This document shows, piece by piece, positions 28,136-38,789 of a stretch of 64,000 nt of DNA (the first letter of the stretch is position 1; every line of letters begins with the position of its first letter). A program made the position numbers and the translations under genes. Under the pieces are notes generated by a model that did not search any database, was not told where the DNA came from, and was given only the letters and a program-made list of their open reading frames with translations. The stretch lies in IMG/VR virus record IMGVR_UViG_3300008108_000202; one strand, given 5' to 3'. Source of the DNA: an uncultured virus (IMG/VR IMGVR_UViG_3300008108_000202) (Duplodnaviria; Heunggongvirae; Uroviricota; Caudoviricetes).

Positions 28136-28555
28136 TTATTTTGATTTAGATTCAACAATTTCAATTAATTTTTCCAAGCAAGCAAGTTCTGCTTCTTCGG
28201 GAGTGTTATATCCATATTTTTTACCAATTAGTGATACTACTTCCATCTTATTCAAATCAACTAATTCAAATTCCCAACCTAGATTTTTCCACTTACAATC
28301 AATAAATGAGTGTAAGTTATGCTTCTCTCTAAACCATCTAAATGCTTGTGAGAAGGTAGGGGCTGAAACTTTTTCCTTTAAATCACCATAAAAATTTAGC
28401 TGAGTATTGTTTCTGAATTTATGATTTTTTCCTTGGAGTATTGTGTCATAATAAATATCAATATCACCTAATTTATAAAACCCAAAACAAGGTCCATCAA
28501 ACCCAAGTGCTTTTAATCTTAAAGCAAGTGGATATGGTACAAATTCTTTTTCCAT
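28136..28555 (-). CDS. MEKEFVPY-family paralog 2
   Basis: Same blocks. Confidence 0.88.
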   Translation of the reverse strand: MEKEFVPYPLALRLKALGFDGPCFGFYKLGDIDIYYDTILQGKNHKFRNNTQLNFYGDLKEKVSAPTFSQAFRWFREKHNLHSFIDCKWKNLGWEFELVDLNKMEVVSLIGKKYGYNTPEEAELACLEKLIEIVESKSK

Positions 28556-28556
28556 A

Positions 28557-28940
28557 TTATTTTGATTTAGATTCTACAATTTCTAATAGCTTTTCAAGAC
28601 AATCAAGTTCTGCTTCTTCGTATGTATTAAAAATCTTTCCATAAAAATCTTCAAAATTATTCAGGTTCAATATTCTAAATGAATATGAATGTATCACAGG
28701 TATTTTACCATTATTCAATCCTCTATCATAAACCTCAGAAGAAAATAAATCATGCTTCTCTCTAAACCATCTGAAGGCTTGTGAGAATGTTGGTGCTGAA
28801 ATAGAAAAACCATGGTCTGAGTTCTTATACCTTCCTTCTATTATTAATTCATCATATTTGTAATATCCAAAACAAGGTTCATCAAACCCAAGTGCTTTAA
28901 GTCTTAATGACGGAGCATAAGGTACAAATTCTTTTTCCAT
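28557..28940 (-). CDS. MEKEFVPY-family paralog 1
   Basis: Same blocks. Confidence 0.88.
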   Translation of the reverse strand: MEKEFVPYAPSLRLKALGFDEPCFGYYKYDELIIEGRYKNSDHGFSISAPTFSQAFRWFREKHDLFSSEVYDRGLNNGKIPVIHSYSFRILNLNNFEDFYGKIFNTYEEAELDCLEKLLEIVESKSK

Positions 28941-29117
28941 ATCTTTAATTATTTCAACAAAGATACATAAAAAATTATATTAAACAAAAAAAATCCCAAA
29001 TAAATTCAACTAAGAACCATTTGGGATTTTCAAGTTTTTAAACCAACAATAAGTAAGAAAGGGGAATTTGTTGTTGTATGTTATAAATATTACAATGTTT
29101 ACGAAAATTCAATTTTT

Positions 29118-29549
29118 TTACAAAATTTTCAATATAATTTTGAATAATTGATCCTTATAATCATCAAATGGTAAATCAATCATCCCAAAATACCCGCATT
29201 CACTATGTTCGTATCCGTCTTCAGCATTTTCAAGATCAGGATATATTTCCTCATCAACTTCAATGAAATAAACATACATAACACCCTTTAAATGTTTACC
29301 ATCCTTCGTATATCTATTTATAACACCAATCAATTTTAACTCATCAGGATCCTCAATAATAATGTTTGTCTCTTCAAAGAATTCTCTAACCGCAGCCTCC
29401 CTTGGTGATTCACCATTCTCAACACTACCACCAGGTATTGACCATTTTCCGGGTAATGATTGATCAGGACTTCTTTTACATAGTAACACTTTATCATTAC
29501 ATTTAATCAAGATACCTGAAAATCTATCCAATTTTTTATTTTTATTCAT
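29118..29549 (-). CDS. NUDIX hydrolase
   Basis: Nudix box [23 protein letters not shown]. Confidence 0.92.
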   Translation of the reverse strand: MNKNKKLDRFSGILIKCNDKVLLCKRSPDQSLPGKWSIPGGSVENGESPREAAVREFFEETNIIIEDPDELKLIGVINRYTKDGKHLKGVMYVYFIEVDEEIYPDLENAEDGYEHSECGYFGMIDLPFDDYKDQLFKIILKIL

Positions 29550-29559
29550 ATTTATCTAT

Positions 29560-29904
29560 ATGGAATTAATAATAAATAACAATCTATTCAATGTAAAATG
29601 TGTTTTAACAAAAAAAGACATTGAAGAAGGTATGATGTATAAGAAATTTGATGATACCTTTGATGGAATGTTATTTTTTATGAGAGATGGTGAACATCAT
29701 TTTTGGATGAAAAATTGTGTTATACCTCTTGATATAATTTTCATAAAGGCAAATACTATTTACAAAATACACCATAATTGTAAACCATGTTTTACAAATG
29801 AGTGTGATCACTATTCAGGAGAAGGTGATCTTGTTCTTGAAGTTCTTGGTGGAACTTGTAATAGATATGATATTAAAGAGGGCGATAGAGTTTATTTTGA
29901 CTGA
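29560..29904 (+). CDS. DUF192 family protein
   Basis: GMLF...FWMKNC.IPLDIIF...VLEV. Confidence 0.88.
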   Translation: MELIINNNLFNVKCVLTKKDIEEGMMYKKFDDTFDGMLFFMRDGEHHFWMKNCVIPLDIIFIKANTIYKIHHNCKPCFTNECDHYSGEGDLVLEVLGGTCNRYDIKEGDRVYFD

Positions 29905-31349
29905 TAAAGATATTTCTCATTCCCACAATTAAAGATTCTATAATACCTCAATCCATCCATTATTTCAACTTCAGTTAAATTTTTATCGTAACCTTGTTTA
30001 ACTAATTTATGTTTTTGATAATTAATCCTATTCTCACGTTTACCATTAATAACATAATGATAATTAGGTTTACTTAACCCAATTAAATCAAATCCAAGAT
30101 TTTTATACAAATCACCATTAGCCCAAGATATATCACAATAAGATAACACACTAATAGGATTATAATCTTTAATAAATTGTTTAAATAATTTAGATGCTCC
30201 TCCGATAACGGAAACTCCAACTTTATTACAAAATCTAACTAACTCATATTCATCGTCTTTTTGATTTTTATTCAAAATCTTTCTTGTCTTCATAAAAGTC
30301 ATCAACGATATTAACTCACCATTATAATATAATCCATAATTAATGTTAGTATTAACAAAACCTTGTAAGTGATTTTTGATCAAAAATTCTTTAACTATAT
30401 TTTTATCTTTAATGATTTTTATGTTTGTTTTTCTGGCATATACCCTATTTGAGGTATTTAAAATATTTCCAATTATTGACTTAACAATATCATATTTAAA
30501 ATCAAAATCATCTTCAAATATATGAATCAATCTGACACCATTCTCATTACATATTTTGGTTTTTTTAATGTGGTAATCGTTCTCAACGAATAATTCAGAA
30601 TGCCACCTAAGACCATTAAATTCAAATCCTATTTTTAATTTAGGTAAATAAATATCAATTTCTTTACGATTAATTTTGTATGATTGGATAATCTCACCAT
30701 CATATAATTCACTTATTAATTTGAATAACAAAATTTCTTTACCCGATACGTTACTATCAACCGGATTACATTCACAACATAGTTCAGTTTTAATTATTTT
30801 CCTGTTAGCAAATAAACCTTTAGGTATTTTGGATTGTCCGTGAATATCACACTTCACAATAAAATGTTTTTCATCTTGATCAATCACTTGGGGGTTATCA
30901 ATCAAAAATTGTTTAAATATTGTTTCTTTTCTTTTTTCTTTTTCTTTACCCCCATTTTCATATTTCCATTTTTCACTTTGTCTAAAATGTTCCGTACCCC
31001 ATTTTAATAAACTAGTTTTTTTTGATTTTTCTTTAAACTCCTTTGTCTTGAAGGGGGTTTTTTCTCCGTATTTTTCAACACAGGTATTTTCTCGTTTTGT
31101 TTTATTGCAAACAGAAGAACAAGTATAATACCCACCTCTACTAATTGATTGATTATATCTTCTATATTGAATTTTTACTTCTTTACCACAAACATCACAA
31201 ACCGCATCAACGATTAAATGACTTTGTGGATTAACCAACTCAATTGGTAATTCGTTATACTCATTGAGTATAACATCTATATTATTTTTTCTATAGTAGT
31301 CGGCAACATTTCCAGTGATCCTTATTTTGAGTGTTTTTGTTAAAAGCAT
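29892..31349 (-). CDS. putative homing-type endonuclease (PD-(D/E)xK-like core, zinc fingers)
   Basis: EIDIYLP...GFEFNG..WH, RLIHIFEDD; C-terminal NHLQG...GGASKL domain. Confidence 0.7.
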   Translation of the reverse strand: MLLTKTLKIRITGNVADYYRKNNIDVILNEYNELPIELVNPQSHLIVDAVCDVCGKEVKIQYRRYNQSISRGGYYTCSSVCNKTKRENTCVEKYGEKTPFKTKEFKEKSKKTSLLKWGTEHFRQSEKWKYENGGKEKEKRKETIFKQFLIDNPQVIDQDEKHFIVKCDIHGQSKIPKGLFANRKIIKTELCCECNPVDSNVSGKEILLFKLISELYDGEIIQSYKINRKEIDIYLPKLKIGFEFNGLRWHSELFVENDYHIKKTKICNENGVRLIHIFEDDFDFKYDIVKSIIGNILNTSNRVYARKTNIKIIKDKNIVKEFLIKNHLQGFVNTNINYGLYYNGELISLMTFMKTRKILNKNQKDDEYELVRFCNKVGVSVIGGASKLFKQFIKDYNPISVLSYCDISWANGDLYKNLGFDLIGLSKPNYHYVINGKRENRINYQKHKLVKQGYDKNLTEVEIMDGLRYYRIFNCGNEKYLYQSK

Positions 31350-31404
31350 AAATAGATATTTACTATAAATATAGTAATCAATCCATTAATGTCCACCGAT
31401 TTGA

Positions 31405-32805
31405 TTATTCTTCACCAATTTTTTCTTTCAATACTCTAACAAATTCTCTTTGTATCATTTTTGTGAATTTAACATACGCAGCATCTTCACTATCTTTTTG
31501 GTATTTGTATTTACCTGATGGAGGTCTTTTAGATCTACCAAGATAACTTAAACCTGAAATGTTAGTTATACATTTGTGCCCACCACTATTAGAAACAATC
31601 ACATCCCAAGCACTTACAGTGATATTATCCAACATACTCATTTCCTCTTCAGTTAAATCACTAAATGGTTTGGACATTGCGGTTTCAATGTCTTTCATTA
31701 ATGATTTTCCACTCTCACTTTTTGATTCAAATCCATATAATGCTTTGAAATCTTTAAACGTAAACCCAACTGACTCAGATCCAAAATCTTTACCTGATTC
31801 TGAAACCCACTTTATTGTTGATAATGGTATTTGTCTATCCTTAAGTTGTGATTCCCACTTCGCAAGAACCTCATCTTTAATTTCACCTAAATTAACACCT
31901 TTAAGTGCTCTTTCTTTTTTAAACGGATTACAAGATGCTTGAACCAATCCCAAAGGCCAAGCAATAACCAAGAAATCGGCTTCAGGATTATTTCTAAATG
32001 GTGTGTATCTATCATAAGATCCTGGTTTCATCATTGATCCTCCACCATATTGAACTATTATATTACCTTCAATCTGAACATTTGGGTGACTTTTCATTGT
32101 TTGAACATACTCTTCCTTGTGTTTTTCTAAAGATTCAACTCCAGCATATCCTTTTTCCGCAATTTGAGATCTAATGTTATTTAATATACTAATTAATGAT
32201 GGTTTCGCATTTAAAACGATTGAATCCAAGAAACCTGGTTTGTTCTTATAAGCCAACAATAATTTATTAACAACCAACCCCATTAACATTTTGTTTCTTT
32301 GTAATGATTTGTCTTTATCAAGTTTAAAAAGATAATTCATTACTTCCTCGGGGGTAATATCAAATCTTGCATAATCCGCAGAATCTACTGTTGAAATTAA
32401 CTGAATATCTTCAGGTGAAAATATTTCTTTTGGGGAAATAATTTGAGATATTGTTTCAACATTTGACCTTGAGGATCTAAAACTTGTTGATGTTCCTTGC
32501 TCAACACCAGCTTGTGTATCGTGGTGATCAGTATGGATTACAAACATTGGACGGCCATGGGCAAAATCAACCAAAACCGGCATTACATCCCCATTTGCGT
32601 CCATTTTTTTTATTGCAAATTCTTTATCACCATATTGTATTATTTCAGCATCAACAACTTTAATCCCGTTATTTTCAAGATAATGTTTCATTGCCAATGC
32701 GGTTGTTACTCCGTCAAGTCAAAGGTCCTGGTGAAAGTAGATTTTCGCTTTTGGGTATCTTCTAGCGAGAGATGTGATATCTCGTAATCCACTTTCAACC
32801 AGGAC
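31405..32805 (-). CDS. DHH/DHHA1 phosphoesterase interrupted by in-frame TGA-CTT in motif I; start codon not visible
   Basis: VLVESGLRDI...YFHQDL*LDGVTTALAMK; VLVDFAH, HTDHHD and SGGHK motifs. Confidence 0.8.
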
Positions 32806-33078
32806 GTGTCTATTTTTATTTTTTTATCCTTTGTTTCCATTTCTTTGGTTGCAGGGTTTTATATTGGTTCAGCTTATAATAGTAAGTATGGGCCTCAGAA
32901 ACCTACGATCCATACCGTAAAGGTAAACAGGAGTCAAGTCAATCTTGCTCTTGATGAACACAATCACCTGATAATTATTGATAAGAAGACGGGAGATTAT
33001 ACCGTATATCAAGATTCAATTGGTGTTTCCGTATTTAAACTCTATGCGAGAAATATTTTTTCTGACGTTTCAAAATAA
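32806..33078 (+). CDS. membrane-anchored hypothetical protein (possibly 5'-truncated)
   Basis: N-terminal hydrophobic stretch; no room for a promoter against the divergent DHH gene. Confidence 0.65.
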   Translation: MSIFIFLSFVSISLVAGFYIGSAYNSKYGPQKPTIHTVKVNRSQVNLALDEHNHLIIIDKKTGDYTVYQDSIGVSVFKLYARNIFSDVSK

Positions 33079-33084
33079 AAAATT

Positions 33085-33636
33085 ATGTTCAAGTTTTCAT
33101 CAATCCTTAAATTATCATATCTTGTAGGATGTGTCTCAATTATTGGGTTTCTTTCAAGTATGAATAACACTTTTAGTGAACCAGATAACACTATGTTTGT
33201 TGGTGATCCATCTGACATTAAATCACCAAAATGTATTCAGATGTATGAACTGATTGAGAAATACTCAGAAAAATATAATGTCCCAAAATATGTTGCATAC
33301 AATGTGGCATATAAAGAAACAACTTATCGTGGGCCTTTTGATTGGAAGTATAATCCAAGTAGAACTTCTTGTGTTGGGGCTCTTGGCCCGATGCAAATTA
33401 TGCCAAATACTTCACTTTATATTAATAAAGTTCGTTATTCCAAATATAAAATAATGAATGATCTAAAACTGAATATTGAGACAAGTATGAAGTTATTAAG
33501 AAAACTACATAACAGATATGGTAATTGGGGTGTTGCTTGTGGTTATTATAATACCGGTTACCCAATCGTTAATGATTATGGTAGATATTGTTCTACCAAT
33601 AAGGATTATAAATCAAAATGGTTATCTCTTAAATAA
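33085..33636 (+). CDS. lytic transglycosylase (SLT domain)
   Basis: Catalytic ET, GALGPMQIMP, NIE and YYNTG motifs; N-terminal TM. Confidence 0.88.
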   Translation: MFKFSSILKLSYLVGCVSIIGFLSSMNNTFSEPDNTMFVGDPSDIKSPKCIQMYELIEKYSEKYNVPKYVAYNVAYKETTYRGPFDWKYNPSRTSCVGALGPMQIMPNTSLYINKVRYSKYKIMNDLKLNIETSMKLLRKLHNRYGNWGVACGYYNTGYPIVNDYGRYCSTNKDYKSKWLSLK

Positions 33637-33662
33637 AAAAACCCACTCAAAAAGTGGGTTTA
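33636..33662. terminator. bidirectional terminator
   Basis: aaacccact-caaaa-agtgggttt between convergent genes. Confidence 0.8.
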
Positions 33663-33690
33663 ATATTTTGAAACCTTGTTGTTATTTTTA

Positions 33691-34677
33691 TTAGTCAATT
33701 ACTACCGCTCGGATCGTGTCTCTTCCGATTGAGCTGGTTTTAAGATAAATTAATTTATTTTTATGTAATTCAAAGAATTTATCCAATTCCATTCTATAAT
33801 CTTGCATCATATATCGTTTACCGTTATGGTCAACATAAATTGAATCAATGTAGTTAATTTCAGTTTTTGTCCTCACCAATTCATTCCCACACTCAGGACA
33901 AAATTTCCAAGATGACTTTTTTATCTTTGTTAAACACTTTGGGCATCTTTCAATTAAATCCTTTTTTTCAACAGGTTTTTGAGATTCCGGTAATATCTTC
34001 CATACTGATGTTGATATAGTCCAAGAGTTAAAATTTTTATTTACGGTCTTGAATGTTTGATCACTTGATGATCCCTTTTCAACTCTACCTGTTTCAACCG
34101 ATTTAGTTTTTTTAAATAAACCTCTACTTCTTGGTTTTTGTTCAAATTTATTTGATCGTGGATTGTTACTAAAACCTAATGTGTCATTAAAACTGGTTAA
34201 ATTTACATCTACATTGGATTTTGAATCGTAATTTATACTTGTATTAAAATATGTGCCAATAATATCATTATAATTATTTGTCGTATAAGTAGGATTCCAA
34301 GATAAGGTATTTATTCTAACATCAATAATGTCCTCTTCCTCATAAAATAGAATCTCAACGTCACCATTATTTGCAATCGCATTCATGGTTTCATTTGTGG
34401 TCTCTACGGTATAAGTTTCATACTTGAATTTGTGGGGGACATCAATGTACCTCTCAAGAAATACTCTCTCACCTGGACGTAGTACAATACCACCACCTGT
34501 AATGAACTCTCCATTGATTTTTATTTTTGATAGGACGGTTTTTCTTGATGGGTTGTAAAGTTCTATTTCAAACTCTGATCCGTCTTTTAGATAAACATTC
34601 TGACCGAATTGTTTAATTCTTTGTTTTCCTTTTGTGATATAAGCACATGGCTTATCACTGATTTGATTGTAATACAT
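33691..34677 (-). CDS. hypothetical protein with zinc ribbon
   Basis: 328 aa; CPKC...FCPECG. Confidence 0.8.
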   Translation of the reverse strand: MYYNQISDKPCAYITKGKQRIKQFGQNVYLKDGSEFEIELYNPSRKTVLSKIKINGEFITGGGIVLRPGERVFLERYIDVPHKFKYETYTVETTNETMNAIANNGDVEILFYEEEDIIDVRINTLSWNPTYTTNNYNDIIGTYFNTSINYDSKSNVDVNLTSFNDTLGFSNNPRSNKFEQKPRSRGLFKKTKSVETGRVEKGSSSDQTFKTVNKNFNSWTISTSVWKILPESQKPVEKKDLIERCPKCLTKIKKSSWKFCPECGNELVRTKTEINYIDSIYVDHNGKRYMMQDYRMELDKFFELHKNKLIYLKTSSIGRDTIRAVVID

Positions 34678-34700
34678 TTTTCCTTATTTTTATTTTTTAT

Positions 34701-34770
34701 GTTTATTGAACTCCGAATCGTTGGTCTCTCTCCAACTCAAATGCCTCAAGGACACTCGGAACCCAGTAAC
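34701..34770 (-). promoter_or_regulatory. candidate three-way-junction 5' leader RNA
   Basis: GGGTTCCGAGT/ATTCGGAGTTC closing stem; inner GTTGG/CCAAC and GTC/GGC hairpins. Confidence 0.5.
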
Positions 34771-34814
34771 AAGGTTTCAGGAATAAATATATTATTGTTT
34801 TATTTTATGTAAAT

Positions 34815-34843
34815 AAAAAACCCACCTTTAATTGGTGGGTTTC
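34815..34843 (-). terminator. intrinsic terminator
   Basis: aaacccacc-tttaatt-ggtgggttt. Confidence 0.8.
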
Positions 34844-34848
34844 ATATT

Positions 34849-35265
34849 TTAACAATTGTTACCTTTAATGAGAGAAGCAATTAATTTTGTTTTATCTTTA
34901 ATCGACAAACCGTCATTCTGAAGAGTCTTTAGGGTTTCATACACCTTAAATTCATCCTCATCGTATTCGGTGGCACCCACCTCATTCATCCATTCTATTT
35001 TGGATTTAAGGCAAAAGAGTTTTTCCTCCATTTCTTTGATCTCATTTTGGATGTCTTGAACTGTTTGTACCCCTTCAATTTCATATTCGTATACCCATCC
35101 TGCCGTGTGACCAAAAGAGTTACAAATACCGTATCCATTATAACAGTTACCAGTAACCCAATTACTACTAATTCTAAATAACCCATCACTACCAATGTTA
35201 GGATTACCCGATGAGGGTTTTCCTGATGGTGTACATTTAACCAATTTTACATTTTTTCCAATCAT
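34849..35265 (-). CDS. hypothetical protein
   Basis: Likely start MIGKNVKL. Confidence 0.7.
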   Translation of the reverse strand: MIGKNVKLVKCTPSGKPSSGNPNIGSDGLFRISSNWVTGNCYNGYGICNSFGHTAGWVYEYEIEGVQTVQDIQNEIKEMEEKLFCLKSKIEWMNEVGATEYDEDEFKVYETLKTLQNDGLSIKDKTKLIASLIKGNNC

Positions 35266-35572
35266 TTTGTTTTTTGTTTTTACTCGTTTAAAAAATAATT
35301 TAATTTTAAATATTAATCTTTTCATTTCTATCCAATTTTAGGTATTATTAATGATTATGTCAAATATATTTAAGATGATTTTTTATAAACATAAATCGTA
35401 ATTATATCATTTTTATTATGTATATGAACATCATAGATCATTGTATGGTATTTAAACTTATTTAGTCCTTTATCTATAATAATAGTGTAATCACCCTCAA
35501 TGGTAATTGCAATCTTACCACACTCTTCTTTGAACTTTTCAAATGGTTTTTTTCTCATGTATAAATCAGTTA

Positions 35573-36421
35573 TTAAACAATATCATCCCTCATCAATTCC
35601 AACGTCTTGAAGTAATTAACTCTTGTATTAGCAATATTACAATAATTTGGTGATAATTCAATTCCCAACCATCTTCTTCCCAATACTTCCGCAGCAACCA
35701 ATGTAGTCCCACTACCAGCAAATGGATCTAAAATTACATCATTTTTGTAGGATAAAATCTTGATAGCTTTGGTTGGGATGTCCATTGAGAACGTTGCTTT
35801 GGTGAGTGACTTAGTATCTGCAAAGTAATTCCACTGACCAAAAACAAGCTCCATAAACTCCTTCTTATCCGTTTCTTCATACACAACTTTCTTTTTTATG
35901 GTTCCATCCTCCTGTTCAATTTCAGTAGGTGTCCCTTTCCACTGAGGTTCTCCTTTAACCTTTTTAATATGGTGTTTTTTGTATGCAAGTATTACACACT
36001 CCTTTGGGTTATATATGTAGGGACTAGACGGACTCATCCAAGATCCCCAAGCAGTTGTTTTACTTCTGTGTGGTGATTCTTCTTCCAAATCAACAATACC
36101 GAAGAAACCAAATCCAATTTCCTTCATAATTTGCCACATCTCCGATACAAAGAATATTCTTCCACCTTTCTTTTGTCTGTTGATTTCGTATGGGATATTC
36201 AAAGCAATTCGTCCATCGTCTTTTAATACATTATATGCTTCAGTTAACCAATTTTTACTAAACACTTTGTATTCCTCAAACTCAACATCATCTTCGTGTA
36301 CATCATAATCAATACCAACCCCATAAGGACAGCTGGTTACAATTAAATCCACACTACCTTCAGGTAATGTTTTCATTACCTCAATACAATCCCCATTAAT
36401 TATTCTTCCTGTTTCTATCAT
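35573..36421 (-). CDS. DNA methyltransferase, N4/N6 beta class
   Basis: GDC, TSCPY (SPPY variant) and LDPFAGSGTT motifs. Confidence 0.9.
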   Translation of the reverse strand: MIETGRIINGDCIEVMKTLPEGSVDLIVTSCPYGVGIDYDVHEDDVEFEEYKVFSKNWLTEAYNVLKDDGRIALNIPYEINRQKKGGRIFFVSEMWQIMKEIGFGFFGIVDLEEESPHRSKTTAWGSWMSPSSPYIYNPKECVILAYKKHHIKKVKGEPQWKGTPTEIEQEDGTIKKKVVYEETDKKEFMELVFGQWNYFADTKSLTKATFSMDIPTKAIKILSYKNDVILDPFAGSGTTLVAAEVLGRRWLGIELSPNYCNIANTRVNYFKTLELMRDDIV

Positions 36422-37242
36422 TTTTTCTCTAATGTTTCAATGTGATGTTGTAAGTACCATAAGGCTTTCTTTAGATCCTCAAGTTCTTTATCCTTATTCT
36501 TTTTTCCTGCTCTTGAGATATACTTTACGGTATTACCCAAACTGAACCCTAAGTCCCACGCATCAATCACCTTGATGGCTTCATAAAGATTATCCGATCC
36601 TCCATAATGACTTGGGTGATTAACTTGTTCTTTATTGTTTTCCATTTTATTGTTTGTTTTATGAGCCCAAAATACTCCATCAATATAATAGGTATTAAAT
36701 CCATACCAGTCAAATGAATCAACAACTTTATTTACCCCCTCTGTTGGGTCTTTTGAGGATTTATAATCATCCAAATATATTATACCATTATCGCTTACAA
36801 AATTAATCAGATTATTTAAATCTCCCCTAACACATTCTTCAAAATGACACCCATCAATCTCAATAAAATCAAATTTACTTTTTACCGTATCTAAAACTCT
36901 TGGGACAACTTCAAGTGAGTTACCGGGAATAAGATTCAAATGTATGTTAAATTTTTTATAATGTTCAACAAGAATTTCAAAGTTATTAATCACATTATCA
37001 TGCTTGCAATCATCAAAGATTAAAATTCTAATTGGTTCTTGATTAAAGTTTGGGTCATCGTTTTTGAGTTTAACCAATGAATCACATATTAACTTCATTG
37101 AATGTCCTTCGTTAAAACCTACCTCAATAATATTTTTTGGTTTTGTTTGATATACAAGATCTTGTAAGGTGTACATTCTTTCGGGATACCAACTAATGTT
37201 ACCTTCACCGCAACCAACTACCATTCCTTTTAATAACTCCAT
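36418..37242 (-). CDS. class I SAM methyltransferase (Methyltransf_24-like) fused to DUF3310-like domain
   Basis: IEVGFNEGHS, IDGCH, LDDY; C-terminal VNHPSHY...GNTVKYISRAGKK...DLKKALWYL. Confidence 0.8.
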   Translation of the reverse strand: MELLKGMVVGCGEGNISWYPERMYTLQDLVYQTKPKNIIEVGFNEGHSMKLICDSLVKLKNDDPNFNQEPIRILIFDDCKHDNVINNFEILVEHYKKFNIHLNLIPGNSLEVVPRVLDTVKSKFDFIEIDGCHFEECVRGDLNNLINFVSDNGIIYLDDYKSSKDPTEGVNKVVDSFDWYGFNTYYIDGVFWAHKTNNKMENNKEQVNHPSHYGGSDNLYEAIKVIDAWDLGFSLGNTVKYISRAGKKNKDKELEDLKKALWYLQHHIETLEKK

Positions 37243-37243
37243 T

Positions 37244-37639
37244 TTAATCTTTTTTTTCAATTATATATAATGGATGTATTGTTTCCGATTTAACAATAAA
37301 TCTTAATTTTGTAATTTTAAATTTATCTTTTGCGTATGACACTTTTTGTTCAAAATTCATCCCTTTTATGTCAAACTTTAACCCATTGATTACCGCACCT
37401 GTTGGATCTAAATATTGAATTTTTACCCCAACAATATTAAAAAACTCTTTTGGATTAACAACATCCTCAGTTGTTTCAACAAACTCGGTTGTGAAAATGA
37501 TGTCTTCACCTTCGTTGTAAATTTTATATTTCCTGAAAAGGTATGGTTTGATATCCATCCCTTCCAATTCAATCAACCATCTATTTGTTTTGAGTGGTTC
37601 ATACATTCTAAAGTCTGTGGTAATTATTTTTTCAGCCAT
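37244..37639 (-). CDS. hypothetical protein, weakly tail-tube-like
   Basis: YEPLKTNRWLIE...LDPTGAV. Confidence 0.5.
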   Translation of the reverse strand: MAEKIITTDFRMYEPLKTNRWLIELEGMDIKPYLFRKYKIYNEGEDIIFTTEFVETTEDVVNPKEFFNIVGVKIQYLDPTGAVINGLKFDIKGMNFEQKVSYAKDKFKITKLRFIVKSETIHPLYIIEKKD

Positions 37640-37955
37640 TTATATTAAATTTTATATATTTTATGATTTCATCCGTGTTAATATTCTCACAATACATCTT
37701 ATAAACTTCCTTTGAAAATTCATCAGAAATTATGATGCAATCCGCAGAGAGATACGTTTCAAGATTATGTAGATTATTGATGATATTTTCTTTTTTTAAT
37801 ATCCGTTTGTTGAACCCCATTCTTCCTTTATCTTTTCTTGGTTTTCTTCTTTGTTGATTTTATTGATTAAGGATCTAACTTCTTTTCCTAAATCATAATC
37901 ATTTGGATTTTTTTCAACCAAATATTTAATTAACAAAATCAAATTTTCTTCCATT

Positions 37956-38744
37956 TTATAATATTTTAATATTTTCAAATTTTTCTTCATCAAATTGAGA
38001 TTGACGAATAGTATTAATTAACTTTCTTTTGAATAGTGGTAGTAGGGTTTCATTAATGGGGAATATATCACTACACGTCATCTCAAAAACAGGTAATGAA
38101 GATCTTTCATCCTCACCATTCCATTGTGAAAATGTATTTATTATTTTCGGTATTGTCAATTTTAGTTTTGGTTCAGAATATATTAAATTAACTAATGTCT
38201 TTTCTTCTGATGATTTTTTTGCCGCAGATTTAATATTATATTCCCAAAGATAAAGATTACCGGATTTCTTCTCGTTATAATAAAAATACCCTTTTTTAGT
38301 TTGTAGATTTTTTTTGTTTTTCTTTATATTGATCCCGATAGTATCAAATACTATTGACCATATTGACTTGGCAATGTTAAAGTATTCCAAAAGTCTGGGT
38401 GCAGTAAATGTTAATATCTTAACAAATTCCTCATTCTCGGTTTGGGACATTTCGGGAATCTTTTTTATTTTGAGATCTCTAACTAATAACTCATCATCAA
38501 TTGAGTCAAATTTTTTGTCAGTGTAGATTAACTTTTTTTCTCTGATTAAAGTTTGGACATTCGCCAAATGAAGGGATAACTCAATAAATCCAGGGTATAA
38601 TTCCATATTATCAAGCTTTTCTCCCATCTTTTGGAAATAACTCAATAATTTATACTCTTTGTGTTCTCTATCTATCGGATCTTCAAATAACCAATCGGTA
38701 TCCATTAGAAATTCTATCTTCTTATTTTTTCGTTTTCTTGTCAT
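37956..38744 (-). CDS. hypothetical protein
   Basis: 262 aa; PIDREHKEYKLLSY. Confidence 0.8.
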   Translation of the reverse strand: MTRKRKNKKIEFLMDTDWLFEDPIDREHKEYKLLSYFQKMGEKLDNMELYPGFIELSLHLANVQTLIREKKLIYTDKKFDSIDDELLVRDLKIKKIPEMSQTENEEFVKILTFTAPRLLEYFNIAKSIWSIVFDTIGINIKKNKKNLQTKKGYFYYNEKKSGNLYLWEYNIKSAAKKSSEEKTLVNLIYSEPKLKLTIPKIINTFSQWNGEDERSSLPVFEMTCSDIFPINETLLPLFKRKLINTIRQSQFDEEKFENIKIL

Positions 38745-38789
38745 TTAGACAAAAATATAACACAGATTATGTTATCTGTAAATTGTTGA

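Noticed and set aside
32719..32721. Genome-wide stop-codon reassignment (TGA)
   Set aside because: TGA and TAG end many genes at natural positions, Trp is TGG, and long genes are open in the standard code.
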